Part shown: piece after piece, positions 9,056 to 19,757 of the stretch
How the letters are laid out: the number at the start of each line of letters is the position of its first letter
How positions within the stretch are numbered: the first letter of the stretch is position 1
NCBI GenBank assembly: GCA_048886685.1
Contig: JBHLKM010000020.1
Coordinates: 11,301-75,300, forward strand
Source: Candidatus Hodarchaeota archaeon
GTDB taxonomy: Archaea > Asgardarchaeota > Lokiarchaeia > Sigyniarchaeales > SOKP01
Reading direction: 5' to 3'
Length of the DNA stretch: 64,000 nucleotides
Notes under the pieces: model-generated
What the model saw: the letters and a program-made list of their open reading frames with translations, nothing else
Database searches by the model: none
Told to the model about the DNA's origin: nothing
Translations under genes and position numbers: made by a program

Positions 9056-10729
9056 TTATTCTCTTATCTCTTTAGGAAGTGTTAAAACTCCTGTAAGAGG
9101 ATTATTTAGTGGGTCCTGACAATATTGAATTGTAAAATAAATTAGATCGTATAAAATACTTGGATCTTCCCCATTGTTTAATTTATATTGATAAAGACTT
9201 AATTGGTATTCTGCTTCTGTTATTGGCGGTTCGGCATAGCTTACACTCCCGAATACGGATTGGAGTATAGGCTTTAGAAAAGGGCTGTAGAGGAAGCCTA
9301 ATTCCTTCAACTCTTCTTTTAAATAAAAGAACATTCGCTGCACAGCTTGTGTCATATAACGCACAGGTTGACCCTTTGGTCCTAAGTATTGTTCAGCAAA
9401 TTCTGAATCGTATTGAGCTAGTTTATCATGAGTAAGATCTGCAGCAGGACGGAATAAAGAGATTAAACCACGTTCTATTGCTGCTTCACGATTTTGAGCA
9501 ATTGTCGTACTTCCTGCATCTGGAACCCATTTACCTTTTTGAAGTAATTTTTTTGCTTTGTAACAAAGAGTTTGAATCAGTAAAGCTATACCAATTCGAC
9601 GACAGATGGAAATTTGAGCGTCGCTTATCCTGACTTCGATAGTCCCCCAGTCAGTGAAAGGAAATACATCCTGAAAGCGTCCATCCTCTAAGCTTGCCTT
9701 TTGAACGACTTGAAGAAAATAGTTCTGTGAGTTTTGGTCTGTATTAGTAAGGTATGGGATAAAATGATTAGGATCATTATTACTCAGCATGGTAGTATTA
9801 CTCTTAAGCCGGAGAGAACGAGTGCAGTTAGGAGAGGTAATCCGTCCATTAATTACCTTTACCACATCGGTCGGTTTATTATTTAAAATTGGTGAATTAC
9901 AAGTTAGAGCAATAAGATGTGGAATAAAATTACGAATCATGCAGTAAGCCTGAACTTTTTCTAAATCTGATTCAAAAGTGCCTATATGAGAATGATCGGC
10001 CTGAGATACTCCTCGCATATACTCTCTAGATGCTGGATTTATGGCGGAAGCGATTATATGTAAATCTTTCGGCAAAGTTGCTTTTGCTAATAAAAATAAA
10101 GTACTTGCCCAATATGCTAATTCCTCAACATAAATGCATGGGGGCGTTACAAGCTCTAATATATAGGTGATCGCCGTAACATTTCCATCTCTAGCAAACG
10201 TATCAATATCCACATAAGATCCATTAGGCAATTGGTATCGTATATCCATAGCATAACCCTTTTCAAGGTCATCAACTCCCCAAGGTCTAGCAAGGACTTT
10301 TTGCCTAATATAATCTGGTATAGGGAGAAAATCGCTTCGACCTTCATAAAGAATCTCATCCATAATTTGAATAGCATCTTTGACTATTTCCTTCATCCGA
10401 AAAACCATTTCATCTCCAGGTGGATAATCTCCATTGTCATCTGCTATGATTAATTCCATTTCTATACCATGAGTGTAGGGTAGTGGAGTCCAATGCTCGA
10501 TGTCGTGTAACATTTCAGCCCAAGGTCTTTCTGGTATATGTACCTCTTTATATTCAGTTCCCAAAAACAGTTTATCTGCACTTCTATCAATAGATTGACC
10601 CAAAGTGACTCCTATGGATGCTGCTGCTTTTGATTTACTCTTCCCCTTTTGAGTCATTAATTGGGATAAAGTACTGTTTTCATGTTTTGTTTTCTTTTTC
10701 TTTTCTTTCTTTTTCTTATCCTTTGCCAT
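9056..10729 (-). CDS. Glutamate-cysteine ligase family 2 (YbdK/GCS2-like) carboxylate-amine ligase
   Basis: THGIEMEL, LELVTPPC, HSHIG, LIALTCNSP and GTIEVRISD motifs; Lys-rich N-terminal extension. Confidence 0.85.
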   Translation of the reverse strand: MAKDKKKKEKKKKTKHENSTLSQLMTQKGKSKSKAAASIGVTLGQSIDRSADKLFLGTEYKEVHIPERPWAEMLHDIEHWTPLPYTHGIEMELIIADDNGDYPPGDEMVFRMKEIVKDAIQIMDEILYEGRSDFLPIPDYIRQKVLARPWGVDDLEKGYAMDIRYQLPNGSYVDIDTFARDGNVTAITYILELVTPPCIYVEELAYWASTLFLLAKATLPKDLHIIASAINPASREYMRGVSQADHSHIGTFESDLEKVQAYCMIRNFIPHLIALTCNSPILNNKPTDVVKVINGRITSPNCTRSLRLKSNTTMLSNNDPNHFIPYLTNTDQNSQNYFLQVVQKASLEDGRFQDVFPFTDWGTIEVRISDAQISICRRIGIALLIQTLCYKAKKLLQKGKWVPDAGSTTIAQNREAAIERGLISLFRPAADLTHDKLAQYDSEFAEQYLGPKGQPVRYMTQAVQRMFFYLKEELKELGFLYSPFLKPILQSVFGSVSYAEPPITEAEYQLSLYQYKLNNGEDPSILYDLIYFTIQYCQDPLNNPLTGVLTLPKEIRE

Positions 10730-10810
10730 TAAGGTTTCCCCTGTTTTTCCACATTAATAATATCTAAATAATAAAATGTTATTATATAATTTTGCTTGGT
10801 TACTAATTTT

Positions 10811-12583
10811 TTAGAATAAAGATTGTATAAATGCCATAAACGTGTTATAATCGTTTATGAATTCATAAGATAAAATTAAGTTAAATATCTCACATTTATT
10901 TGGTGGAATTATACTCTTTAGATTGTCATAAATCTTGCCACCCTTAAACATGGAATCATCAATAATCAAATTAACAGTATCTCCAAGTTTTTCTATTTTA
11001 TATTTTAAATTATTGTTTAATTGGGAATCAGATGATAAAATAATAGTTGGTTTTCCTAAATAGGGAATGAAATCTAGGTTAAAGATAAGTAGCTGGCTCG
11101 TGATATTAGTAAAATTGTTAAAAAATTGGCTTAATGTCTTCTGGAGTACTGCTATCTCATCATTCTGAAAATTTTTTGCAGAAGGGAATATATAATATCC
11201 AATTGATTTCTTATGATTAAATTTTAGGTCATTATATACACGATCAATAAATGGAAAAATACTAAAATCAAAACTAAATAGAGAGAGGAAAGCTAATTTA
11301 AAATTATAATCTCCTGAAAGAATATTATTGCTTACATTTCCACCAATACTACTAAAGCTTTTAATTTCACTATTTATATTTGAAACATACGTATTAAGTA
11401 GAAAATATTGAGAAAATACTAAATCAGATTCTATTTTTGTTCTTACCTCTTCCACAAGTTCATAGATTATGTCAAATAGATCTTTTTTTATTCTTTCCTT
11501 AAGCGGTGGGTTGCTTATTCCTTCAATAACAATATTAGCTGCTCCCGGATTTTCAACCTCAGCTATTCCATCTATCGCATCCTTAAGAGAAGAATAGATA
11601 AATTTTTGGTCTTTTTTCTCTTCACTATTGATTTCTGGTGATTTTAGGAGAACTTCAATAATCTTTTTAAGAATTGTAAGTAATTCAGATGAATTGTTGT
11701 TATTATATAATTCTTTTGCAATGTTGAATAATAATTTAACTTTTTCAGATAAGTTAGTAATACTTTCAGTCATATTGAATACTTGAATTGGATTGGAAAC
11801 TATCTGATCATAAATTACAGCTTTTAAAAGAGTTTGTTGGAGATTTAAATCATTCAAGTTTTTAATGACCTGAAATGTTTCTGTAATATTTTTCGTTGCA
11901 TACGCTCTTATTAGATTACCATAGAATTTGACCTTTTCATTAGGATCTTTTAATTCTAAGGCTAATCCTAAAGACATCTTTATATTATTATTTGAGAGGT
12001 ATCCTTTAGCCAATTCTTTTATAGTTTTATCAATTGCGTCAATTGAGACCCTTGTAAATGTTTTAGTACTGGTTGAATTTGAGGATAAAGTTGATTCATA
12101 ATTCTTTGTCATTAACGCTAATTGTTCTTCGACTTTCTGCAACTCGGATAATGTCATAGTAATGAGAAAATCATTTGGGTTTATCGTATCAATTTTTTCT
12201 GCACCTTTAAAACCATAGCGATCGAAAATCTTATGAATTTTACTTTTTGGTGTTACCTCTCTAACTTTTTGCACTTTAACTGTATATTGTATAATTTTTA
12301 GCCAATAAACGTTTATGATTAATTTTCCAAAACCACCTGCGGTTGGATTTAACCTTATATCAATATTTTTGGTTTCCTTTGGTGCAATTTCAATTTGATC
12401 TTTTAAATCTGCAGAGTTTAAATTAATATCTAGATTTTCTCCTTCAAAGACAAACTTAAAATTCTCCTTTTTATCTGAGTTATTGATTACTTGAAGCGAG
12501 ACATCATTTTCCATATCAGGAATTAAAAGGTTCTGTGGAAATTTTGTGATGGTTAATGAAATGATGTTAGAAGAATTTGACAT
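10811..12583 (-). CDS. Hypothetical protein (N-terminal Ig-like beta domain, helical-repeat middle, alpha/beta C-terminus)
   Basis: 590-aa ORF co-directional with the ligase and hydrolase. Domain layout is judged from sequence pattern only. Confidence 0.65.
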   Translation of the reverse strand: MSNSSNIISLTITKFPQNLLIPDMENDVSLQVINNSDKKENFKFVFEGENLDINLNSADLKDQIEIAPKETKNIDIRLNPTAGGFGKLIINVYWLKIIQYTVKVQKVREVTPKSKIHKIFDRYGFKGAEKIDTINPNDFLITMTLSELQKVEEQLALMTKNYESTLSSNSTSTKTFTRVSIDAIDKTIKELAKGYLSNNNIKMSLGLALELKDPNEKVKFYGNLIRAYATKNITETFQVIKNLNDLNLQQTLLKAVIYDQIVSNPIQVFNMTESITNLSEKVKLLFNIAKELYNNNNSSELLTILKKIIEVLLKSPEINSEEKKDQKFIYSSLKDAIDGIAEVENPGAANIVIEGISNPPLKERIKKDLFDIIYELVEEVRTKIESDLVFSQYFLLNTYVSNINSEIKSFSSIGGNVSNNILSGDYNFKLAFLSLFSFDFSIFPFIDRVYNDLKFNHKKSIGYYIFPSAKNFQNDEIAVLQKTLSQFFNNFTNITSQLLIFNLDFIPYLGKPTIILSSDSQLNNNLKYKIEKLGDTVNLIIDDSMFKGGKIYDNLKSIIPPNKCEIFNLILSYEFINDYNTFMAFIQSLF

Positions 12584-12692
12584 ATTATAAAACTATATAA
12601 AGTCTCTTTTAATAATGAATGATCTTCATGATATTTATTTTTAGGTTTAAACTAAAATGAAAGGATTAAGATGAAAATGACCCCTTACTCAC

Positions 12693-13445
12693 TCATTTTC
12701 CCATACGTCTACTTCTTTTTGTATAATCAAATAAGTCCTGAATTACCATCTCTTTATTATAATCTGGCCATAATTCATTTCTAAATTTGAATTCAGCGTA
12801 AGAGGAATCCCAAAGTAAAAATCCTGAAATCCTAGCCCCATCATTCATTCCTGTTCTTATAACATAATCTAATGGAGGAAAATTCCTTGTATATAAATAA
12901 TTTTTTATTAATTTGGCATCGATTTTTTCAGGTTCAATTCCATCTTTGATTATTTTTTTTACAGCATCCACAATTTCTTCATGACCATCATACATAATAC
13001 AGAGATTTATAAAATTTTGGTCGTGATCCTTAGTAAAATCTATTAAATGCTGGATTTTCTCCTTCGCATTAGGAGGGAGCAAAGACAATCTCCCTACAAT
13101 ATCGAATCTCACCTTTTCATCTTTAACAATTGACTCATTTACTACAGTATCTACCGCCTTAATCATTAATTTATAGATGTAATCAAGCTCTTCAGGACTT
13201 CTCTTTCTCAAATTTTCATAAGATAAAATATATAGGCTTAAATAATGGATACCCGCCTCAAAGAAATCAAACAATCTTTTTTTAAGGTTTTCATATCCAA
13301 CTAAATGACCAAAATTGATATCAAGATTTCTATTTTTAGCCCATCGACGATTTCCATCGATTATTAAACCAACATGTTTAGGTAATTTATCTTTAACTGC
13401 TTCCTTTAACTCTTCTAGAGTAGAAACCATTTGACTAATTTGCAC
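12693..13445 (-). CDS. uppS: cis-prenyltransferase (polyprenyl diphosphate synthase)
   Basis: PKHVGLIIDGNRRWA, LSYENLRKRS, DYVIRTG...RISGFLLW..SYAE, LWPD. Confidence 0.95.
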   Translation of the reverse strand: MQISQMVSTLEELKEAVKDKLPKHVGLIIDGNRRWAKNRNLDINFGHLVGYENLKKRLFDFFEAGIHYLSLYILSYENLRKRSPEELDYIYKLMIKAVDTVVNESIVKDEKVRFDIVGRLSLLPPNAKEKIQHLIDFTKDHDQNFINLCIMYDGHEEIVDAVKKIIKDGIEPEKIDAKLIKNYLYTRNFPPLDYVIRTGMNDGARISGFLLWDSSYAEFKFRNELWPDYNKEMVIQDLFDYTKRSRRMGK

Positions 13446-13692
13446 AGTTTTTCAGTTTTAATATTAATATTAATCTTAAAAGTATTAAATCTATCGTAAT
13501 AGTTAAAATTTCACTTTTCACACTAATAAGAATTTGAATTGTTGAGAATATTGCTAATAGTCAAACGTTTAAATAGTCATTTTCCCTAAAACATTTAATT
13601 AAACAAAAAAAGATTTAATTGATCAAAAATTAGATAATAAATACCGACTGCTATTGTTAAATCTTATTCTAGATACTCGAGAGATACAAAAA

Positions 13693-15327
13693 ATGCTTTC
13701 TGACGATCATCTGTTTACTAATATTGGAATTGACTCGGTTGGCTTCTACGCACCGATACATTTCGTTAAACTAGAAGAACTTGCATTGGAAAGAGGTGTG
13801 GATCCTGCAAAATATTCTAAGGGTCTTTTATCTAAAGAAATGCGAATTGTTGATGTTGACGAAGATATAATCTCTTTAGGTCTCAAAGCAGGATATAATG
13901 CTCTACAAAGAGGAAACATCTCTCCTAAGAGTATAGATGCTTTATTCGTAGGAACAGAAACCGAGGTATATGCTGCTAAAAGCATTTCTAATATTTTTGC
14001 TGAAATGTTGAGAATATCACCCAATAGTCTGACAATGGATACATATAACGCCTGCGCTGGTGGTACGCTAGCAATTCTTAATGCAATCGCAATGATTGAA
14101 AAGGAAATTATAAATAAAGCTCTTATTATAAGTGCGGACATATCTCGATATCATTTAGGCTCCCCTGGTGAACCTACACAAGGTTCAGGTGCGATTGGAC
14201 TCATCATCTCGAAAAATCCTAGGATTGCAGCTTTTAGTCAGAAATTCGGAAAAATCTCTGGAAATGTAAATGATTTTTTTAGACCTGCGAATGAAATAAA
14301 TGCGAAAGCTTTTGGAACCTATTCTCAAGACGCTTATATTGACTTTCAGTTGAAAGCTTATGACGACTTAATTAACAATATTGGAGATTTTCATGCGGAT
14401 TTTTATGCTTTCCATGCCCCATTCTCCAAATTACCTATAAAAATTATGCAACAAATCATTCTAAAACGCTGGATCAAACATATTAGCGATTTACCTAAAT
14501 TTGAACGTAATCATTTTAGATCATCAATACTGAAAAAAATTGATTCTTTCTTACATGATGTTACTGTTTTACCAGAATATCTTTATTTAAAGCTTAATGA
14601 AAGAGGTTTTTCATCATCAACCTTAGAAAGACTTTCACAATGGGTGAATACCAATATAAAAGCAAGGGTGTTCCCTCAATTACGAGTACCTTCGCACTTT
14701 GGCAATATGTACAACGCTGCAGTTTGGGCGCAAATTATATATTTAATTGAGAATCATGCTCATGTTAATGATATAATTTATTTTGGATCATATGGTTCAG
14801 GAGCTACCTGTATTTCAGGATTGCTTAAAGTCCAAGAAAGATTCAAAGAAGTGGTTAAGCAAAGACCTCAAATTAATGATTTTATTCATTTAAAGAAAAA
14901 GAAAAGCGTTTTAGAATATGAATTAATCAAAAATGGTGATGTGAAGCCAATAATATTAGTGGGAAAAATTGTTGAACACCAATTAAATAATAAGAGGGGT
15001 TTTACTCTTCATTTTTGTGATGAAGGTTGTATAATTCCAAATATTAATGGTCTAAACCATTGTCCTAAGGGACATACAGGATTTCATAAACGTTTTTTTC
15101 CCTTATTTGCAAAATTAACATCTGAACCAGTTGCTCAAAATGAATTTGATGATCTAAGATACCTAAAAAAGGGATTAGTAAGGGTTGCAGGCAATGTAAG
15201 CAAAGGTAATGCTCTAGAATACGAGATAAGGAGAGTAGAAACTGAGAATGAACAAAATTTTAATGCTAGAGGCTTACTTAATTGGTCTCCTATTTATATA
15301 GCAATTCCTGAACATCACATTTATTGA
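13693..15327 (+). CDS. mvaS: Hydroxymethylglutaryl-CoA synthase with C-terminal DUF35-like (Zn-ribbon + OB) extension
   Basis: GTET, NACAGG (catalytic Cys), GEPTQGSGA, DFFRP, FHAPF, GNMYN, SYGSG. Start placed at ATG 13693; the track uses TTG 13654. Confidence 0.9.
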   Translation: MLSDDHLFTNIGIDSVGFYAPIHFVKLEELALERGVDPAKYSKGLLSKEMRIVDVDEDIISLGLKAGYNALQRGNISPKSIDALFVGTETEVYAAKSISNIFAEMLRISPNSLTMDTYNACAGGTLAILNAIAMIEKEIINKALIISADISRYHLGSPGEPTQGSGAIGLIISKNPRIAAFSQKFGKISGNVNDFFRPANEINAKAFGTYSQDAYIDFQLKAYDDLINNIGDFHADFYAFHAPFSKLPIKIMQQIILKRWIKHISDLPKFERNHFRSSILKKIDSFLHDVTVLPEYLYLKLNERGFSSSTLERLSQWVNTNIKARVFPQLRVPSHFGNMYNAAVWAQIIYLIENHAHVNDIIYFGSYGSGATCISGLLKVQERFKEVVKQRPQINDFIHLKKKKSVLEYELIKNGDVKPIILVGKIVEHQLNNKRGFTLHFCDEGCIIPNINGLNHCPKGHTGFHKRFFPLFAKLTSEPVAQNEFDDLRYLKKGLVRVAGNVSKGNALEYEIRRVETENEQNFNARGLLNWSPIYIAIPEHHIY

Positions 15328-15487
15328 TTTTATTTTTAATACATTTTTGAAGACTCCAACTATCATTTAAATTATAGAATAATTCGAGATCTCCCTCAAT
15401 CTCACAGGTATGCTCAATCTTAAAGGATAAGACAAGTTTGAAAGGATTTAGAAAAGTTTATTAATTTTTTGACGTGAGAATTATATT

Positions 15488-16768
15488 ATGAAAGAAATAC
15501 GTTCGGATATCTCTGGTTTTTATAAATTATCATTTGAAGAACGTCAACAAAAAATCTCAAAAATGATTAACCTTTCAGAAGACGAAGTTAATATTTTAAA
15601 AAATTTAGGATATTTAACTCCTAGTCAAATTGATACGTTAATCGAAAATGTCATTGGAAGTTATCAATTACCATTTGGTTTAGCTTTCAATTTTAAAATA
15701 AACAATAAGGATTATATTATACCGATGGTTATTGAAGAACCTTCAGTTGTGGCAGCAGCTTCGAATGCAGCTAGATTTGCTAGAAAACATGGAGGGTTTT
15801 TCTCAGAAAATGTAAAACCAGTTATGATTTCACAGATCCAGATAACGCAAATGAAAGATATTGAGTATGCGAAAAATCAAATTTTCGAAAATAAAGACCA
15901 GATTTTAAAAATCGCAAATGAACAAGATCCTTTATTAAATGAATTAGGTGGTGGTGCACTTGATCTTGAAATCCGGGAATTAGATACCAGAAGGGGTAAG
16001 ATGCTCATAATACATTTATTAGTTAATGTTTTAGATGCTATGGGTGCCAATGTAGTTAACACAATGGCAGAAGCGGTAAGTCCTTATATTGAAGAAATAA
16101 CTGAAGGAAAAATCTATCTACGTATTTTATCGAATCTTGCTACTCATCGAATTGCTAAAAGTAAAGCTACTTTTGATAAAGATTTGCTAGGTGGCTCAGA
16201 AGTGGTTGAGGGGATATTAAATGCTTATGAATTTGCATTAGCTGATCCATATCGTGCGACCACCCATAATAAAGGAATAATGAATGGTATTGTCGCCTTA
16301 ACACTAGCAACTGGAAACGACACTCGGGCTATAGAATCAGGTGCTCACGCATTTGCCTCTCTAAGTGGTAAATATTCTCCATTGACTAAATTTGAATTAG
16401 ATTCAAATGGAAATCTGGTTGGCGAAATTAAAGTTCCTCTTGCATTAGGAATTATTGGGGGAATGACAAAAATACATCCTATGGCACGATTAGCTTTGAA
16501 GATCTTAAATGTTAAAAGTGCTAACGAATTGTCACAGGTAGGTGCCGCACTTGGTTTAGCTCAAAACGTTGCAGCATTAAAAGCATTAGCCTCGGAGGGT
16601 ATTCAAAGAGGTCATATGGCACTACATTCTCGAAACATTGCAAAAATCGCTGGTGTGCCCGATGAGTTAATAGAAAGAGTTGCAAAAAAAATGATAGAGG
16701 ACAAGAAAATAAGGGTTGATTTTGCAAAAGAAATTTTAAAAAAAATAAATGAAGGTGAAAACCTTTAG
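15488..16768 (+). CDS. mvaA: HMG-CoA reductase, class II
   Basis: ENVIG, EEPSVVAAAS, DAMGAN, THNKGIMNG, GNDTRA, GIQRGHMALH. Confidence 0.96.
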   Translation: MKEIRSDISGFYKLSFEERQQKISKMINLSEDEVNILKNLGYLTPSQIDTLIENVIGSYQLPFGLAFNFKINNKDYIIPMVIEEPSVVAAASNAARFARKHGGFFSENVKPVMISQIQITQMKDIEYAKNQIFENKDQILKIANEQDPLLNELGGGALDLEIRELDTRRGKMLIIHLLVNVLDAMGANVVNTMAEAVSPYIEEITEGKIYLRILSNLATHRIAKSKATFDKDLLGGSEVVEGILNAYEFALADPYRATTHNKGIMNGIVALTLATGNDTRAIESGAHAFASLSGKYSPLTKFELDSNGNLVGEIKVPLALGIIGGMTKIHPMARLALKILNVKSANELSQVGAALGLAQNVAALKALASEGIQRGHMALHSRNIAKIAGVPDELIERVAKKMIEDKKIRVDFAKEILKKINEGENL

Positions 16769-16849
16769 TTTTATAAAAAGTGGTTCTGTAACTCCTCTAA
16801 GAAAAATCACTATTGTTATTCATATTATCAAGATAAATATCTATGGAAG

Positions 16850-18160
16850 ATGATTTTTATGGAATTTAGAGAATATATAGGTAAAATTGATAAGGAAGGA
16901 ATACTCATGAAGGTAGATGTGGAAGTTTCTAAAAAATTAGAAATTTCTGGAATTCTAAAGGAGATTGAACCGAATCCTGTAATATTTAATAATGTCAAAG
17001 AATCAGAATATCGTGTTGTTGGGAATGTTTTCTGTACTAAAAATGTAATTGCTTCATATTTTGGCGTGACTCCCGCAGACCTTATACCAATGCTTTCAAA
17101 AGCAATTGCAGAACGATCTGAACCAGAAATTGTGTCTAATGCTCCATGTCAAGAAGTAATCGAATCAAGTGTAGATTTAGATAAAATCCCTATTTTATTT
17201 CACTGTGAAAAAGATGGTGGAAACTATATTAGTTCTGCTGTTGTTGTAACAAGAGATCCTGATTATGGACAAAATCTTGATTTTCATAGAGCAATGCAAT
17301 ATTCTAAAGATAAATTCGCCACCCGAATAGTCAAAGGACGTCATTTCTATAAATTTTTAGAAAAAAATGGCGAGGTAGAAGTAGCTTTTTGTGTAGGTAA
17401 TACTCCTAACATTTTAATTGCTGGAGCTACTTCTGTTGATATTGGTGTTGATGAATTAACGATTGCTAATGCACTAGAACCAATCAAACTCGTAAAAGCA
17501 AACTCAGTAGATCTTATAATTCCAGCAGAAGCAGAATTTGTATTAGAGGGACGAGTATATTTTGAAGAAAGACACGTTGAGGGACCTTTCGTTGATCTAA
17601 CTGAGACATACGATGTAATTAGAGAGGAACCTATATTTGAAGTTAAAAAAATTACTCATAGAAAAGATGCGATTTGGCAAGCCTTATTGCCAGGGGCGCT
17701 TGAACATAAAATATTAATGGGTATGCCTAGGGAACCCACCATTTTCAATAAAGTAAACGAAGCAGGAGTTAAGTGTTTGGATGTTAACATTAGTCCCGGA
17801 GGTTCTTCTTGGTTACATGCTATAGTCCAAATTGATAAAAAATCAGAAGAAGATGGAAGAAAGGCAATAGAAGGAACTTTCGCGGGGCATACAAGTTGTA
17901 AACATGCTTTTATTGTTGATAAAGATATTAATATTTATGATCCCCTATCTGTAGAGTGGGCAATGGCAACTCGTTTTCAAGGAGATACTAAAATGATTAT
18001 CAAGGATAAAGAACCAGGAAGCAGTCTAGACCCAAGCGCTGAACCTGGAACAAAGATGACAACAAAGATTGGATTTGATTTAACCAAACCATTGGTTCCG
18101 AAAGGTAAAAGTTTTGATATAGCAGAATTTCCTAAAGTAGATGTGAATAAATACTTTTAA
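16850..18160 (+). CDS. UbiD-family prFMN decarboxylase, probable anhydromevalonate phosphate decarboxylase
   Basis: EFVLEG, EGPF, VDKDINIYD..VEWAMATR, SSLDPS, KIGFDLT. Sits inside the mevalonate operon beside the AcnX subunits. Confidence 0.9.
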   Translation: MIFMEFREYIGKIDKEGILMKVDVEVSKKLEISGILKEIEPNPVIFNNVKESEYRVVGNVFCTKNVIASYFGVTPADLIPMLSKAIAERSEPEIVSNAPCQEVIESSVDLDKIPILFHCEKDGGNYISSAVVVTRDPDYGQNLDFHRAMQYSKDKFATRIVKGRHFYKFLEKNGEVEVAFCVGNTPNILIAGATSVDIGVDELTIANALEPIKLVKANSVDLIIPAEAEFVLEGRVYFEERHVEGPFVDLTETYDVIREEPIFEVKKITHRKDAIWQALLPGALEHKILMGMPREPTIFNKVNEAGVKCLDVNISPGGSSWLHAIVQIDKKSEEDGRKAIEGTFAGHTSCKHAFIVDKDINIYDPLSVEWAMATRFQGDTKMIIKDKEPGSSLDPSAEPGTKMTTKIGFDLTKPLVPKGKSFDIAEFPKVDVNKYF

Positions 18161-18177
18161 TATGGTGATGGATTGAA

Positions 18178-19371
18178 ATGAAACTGACATCAGAAGAACA
18201 AGATATGCTAAATGGTAAATATGGAAAAGCAGTCAAAAAATCTATGGAAATTTTAACTACATTGGGAGAAATCTTTGATGCTGAAAGCATGGTAGATGTT
18301 GTTGGTGTTCAAATAGCGGGAGTTTCCTACGATAATCTTGGTGAAGCAGGATTGGAGTTTTTAAGCGAGATGGCAGAAGATGGTAAGGTCAGAGTGTTAA
18401 CAACATTAAATCCTGCAGGAATGGATCGCGAAAACTGGCAAACGCTAGGAATAGATAAAGAATTTGCTAAAAATCAGAATCGTGCGATAGATGCATTTGC
18501 CAAGATGGGAATTATAACAACTTGTTCTTGTACTCCTTACTTAATTGGAAATACTCCTCATTTTGGACAACATCTTGCTTGGGCAGAGAGTAGTGCTGTA
18601 TGTTATGCTAATTCAGTTATAGGTGCTCGAACTAATCGTGAAGGTGGTCCAAGTGCTTTAACATCAGCCATTACAGGAAAAACTCCTAAATATGGGTATC
18701 ATTTAGAAAAAAATCGTCACGGAGAAGTTTTATTGAATGTTGAAGCCAACGTTAACGGCACTGATGAATTTGGAGTTTTAGGAAAAATTATTGGGGAGAA
18801 ATTAGTTGAATTAGGAAAGAAAATTCCTTACATAAGAGGGATTTCCGAAGCAACTGTTGAAGAACTCAAGTCATTTTGTGCTTCCGTTGCTACTTATGGT
18901 GGGACTGCCTTATTTCATATGGAAGGAATAACTCCAGAGTATAATAAGTATCCTAGACCAAGTGATATTACTGTTGAAATTAACCAAAAATCGCTTAATA
19001 AAACACGCAGTGAGCTTATCGATGATGATCTTGAAATAGATTTTGTAAGTATTGGCTGTCCTCATGCTTCAATTCACGAAATCGAAAGAATAGCGAATTT
19101 ATTGAAAGGAAAAAAAGTAAAAAAAGAATTTTGGATAACGACTGCTCGACCAACAAAAAGGATTGCTGATGAAGCAGGATATTCAAAAATAATTGAAGAA
19201 GCAGGAGCAAAATTTGCGGCAGATACTTGTTGTGTTGTAGCCCCTATTAAAGGACGTTTTAAGGGAATCATGGTAGATTCAGCAAAAGCATGCTATTATG
19301 GGCGTGCTAAGAATAAATTTAAAGTGAAAATAGGTACAATTGAAGATTGCATTGTGGAGGCAACAGGATGA
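18178..19371 (+). CDS. Aconitase X catalytic subunit, probable phosphomevalonate dehydratase large subunit
   Basis: TCSCTPY, AWAESSAV.YANSVIGARTNREGG, IGCPH, DTCCVV, DSAKA; operon context. Confidence 0.92.
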   Translation: MKLTSEEQDMLNGKYGKAVKKSMEILTTLGEIFDAESMVDVVGVQIAGVSYDNLGEAGLEFLSEMAEDGKVRVLTTLNPAGMDRENWQTLGIDKEFAKNQNRAIDAFAKMGIITTCSCTPYLIGNTPHFGQHLAWAESSAVCYANSVIGARTNREGGPSALTSAITGKTPKYGYHLEKNRHGEVLLNVEANVNGTDEFGVLGKIIGEKLVELGKKIPYIRGISEATVEELKSFCASVATYGGTALFHMEGITPEYNKYPRPSDITVEINQKSLNKTRSELIDDDLEIDFVSIGCPHASIHEIERIANLLKGKKVKKEFWITTARPTKRIADEAGYSKIIEEAGAKFAADTCCVVAPIKGRFKGIMVDSAKACYYGRAKNKFKVKIGTIEDCIVEATG

Positions 19372-19757
19372 AGTTATCGGGGAGAAAAATTTATAAAGGT
19401 ATTGCTGAAGCGGAAGCAATTGTTACCAAAGATGGAATCTCATTTTATGGAGGAGTAGATCCTGATACTGGCAAGGTGGTTGAGGTTGGGCATGAACTTG
19501 AAGGTCAATCTATAACAGGGAAAGTATTAGTTTTTCCAACTGGTAAAGGATCCACAGTAGGATCATATACAATGTATAGAATGAAGAAAAATAATACTGC
19601 TCCGGCTGCAATCGTTAATACACAAATTGATACGATCATAGCTGTTGGTTGCATTATTAGTGAGATTCCATGCGTTGATAGAATTGACATTAATACCATA
19701 AGTACTGGACAAATTGTCATAGTCAATGGTTCAGAAGGAACTGTGGAGGTAAAATAA
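19368..19757 (+). CDS. Aconitase X swivel subunit (DUF126), probable phosphomevalonate dehydratase small subunit
   Basis: ISFYGGVDPDTG, GKGSTVGSY. ATG 19368 overlaps the upstream stop (ATGA) and follows GGAGG. Confidence 0.92.
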   Translation: MKLSGRKIYKGIAEAEAIVTKDGISFYGGVDPDTGKVVEVGHELEGQSITGKVLVFPTGKGSTVGSYTMYRMKKNNTAPAAIVNTQIDTIIAVGCIISEIPCVDRIDINTISTGQIVIVNGSEGTVEVK

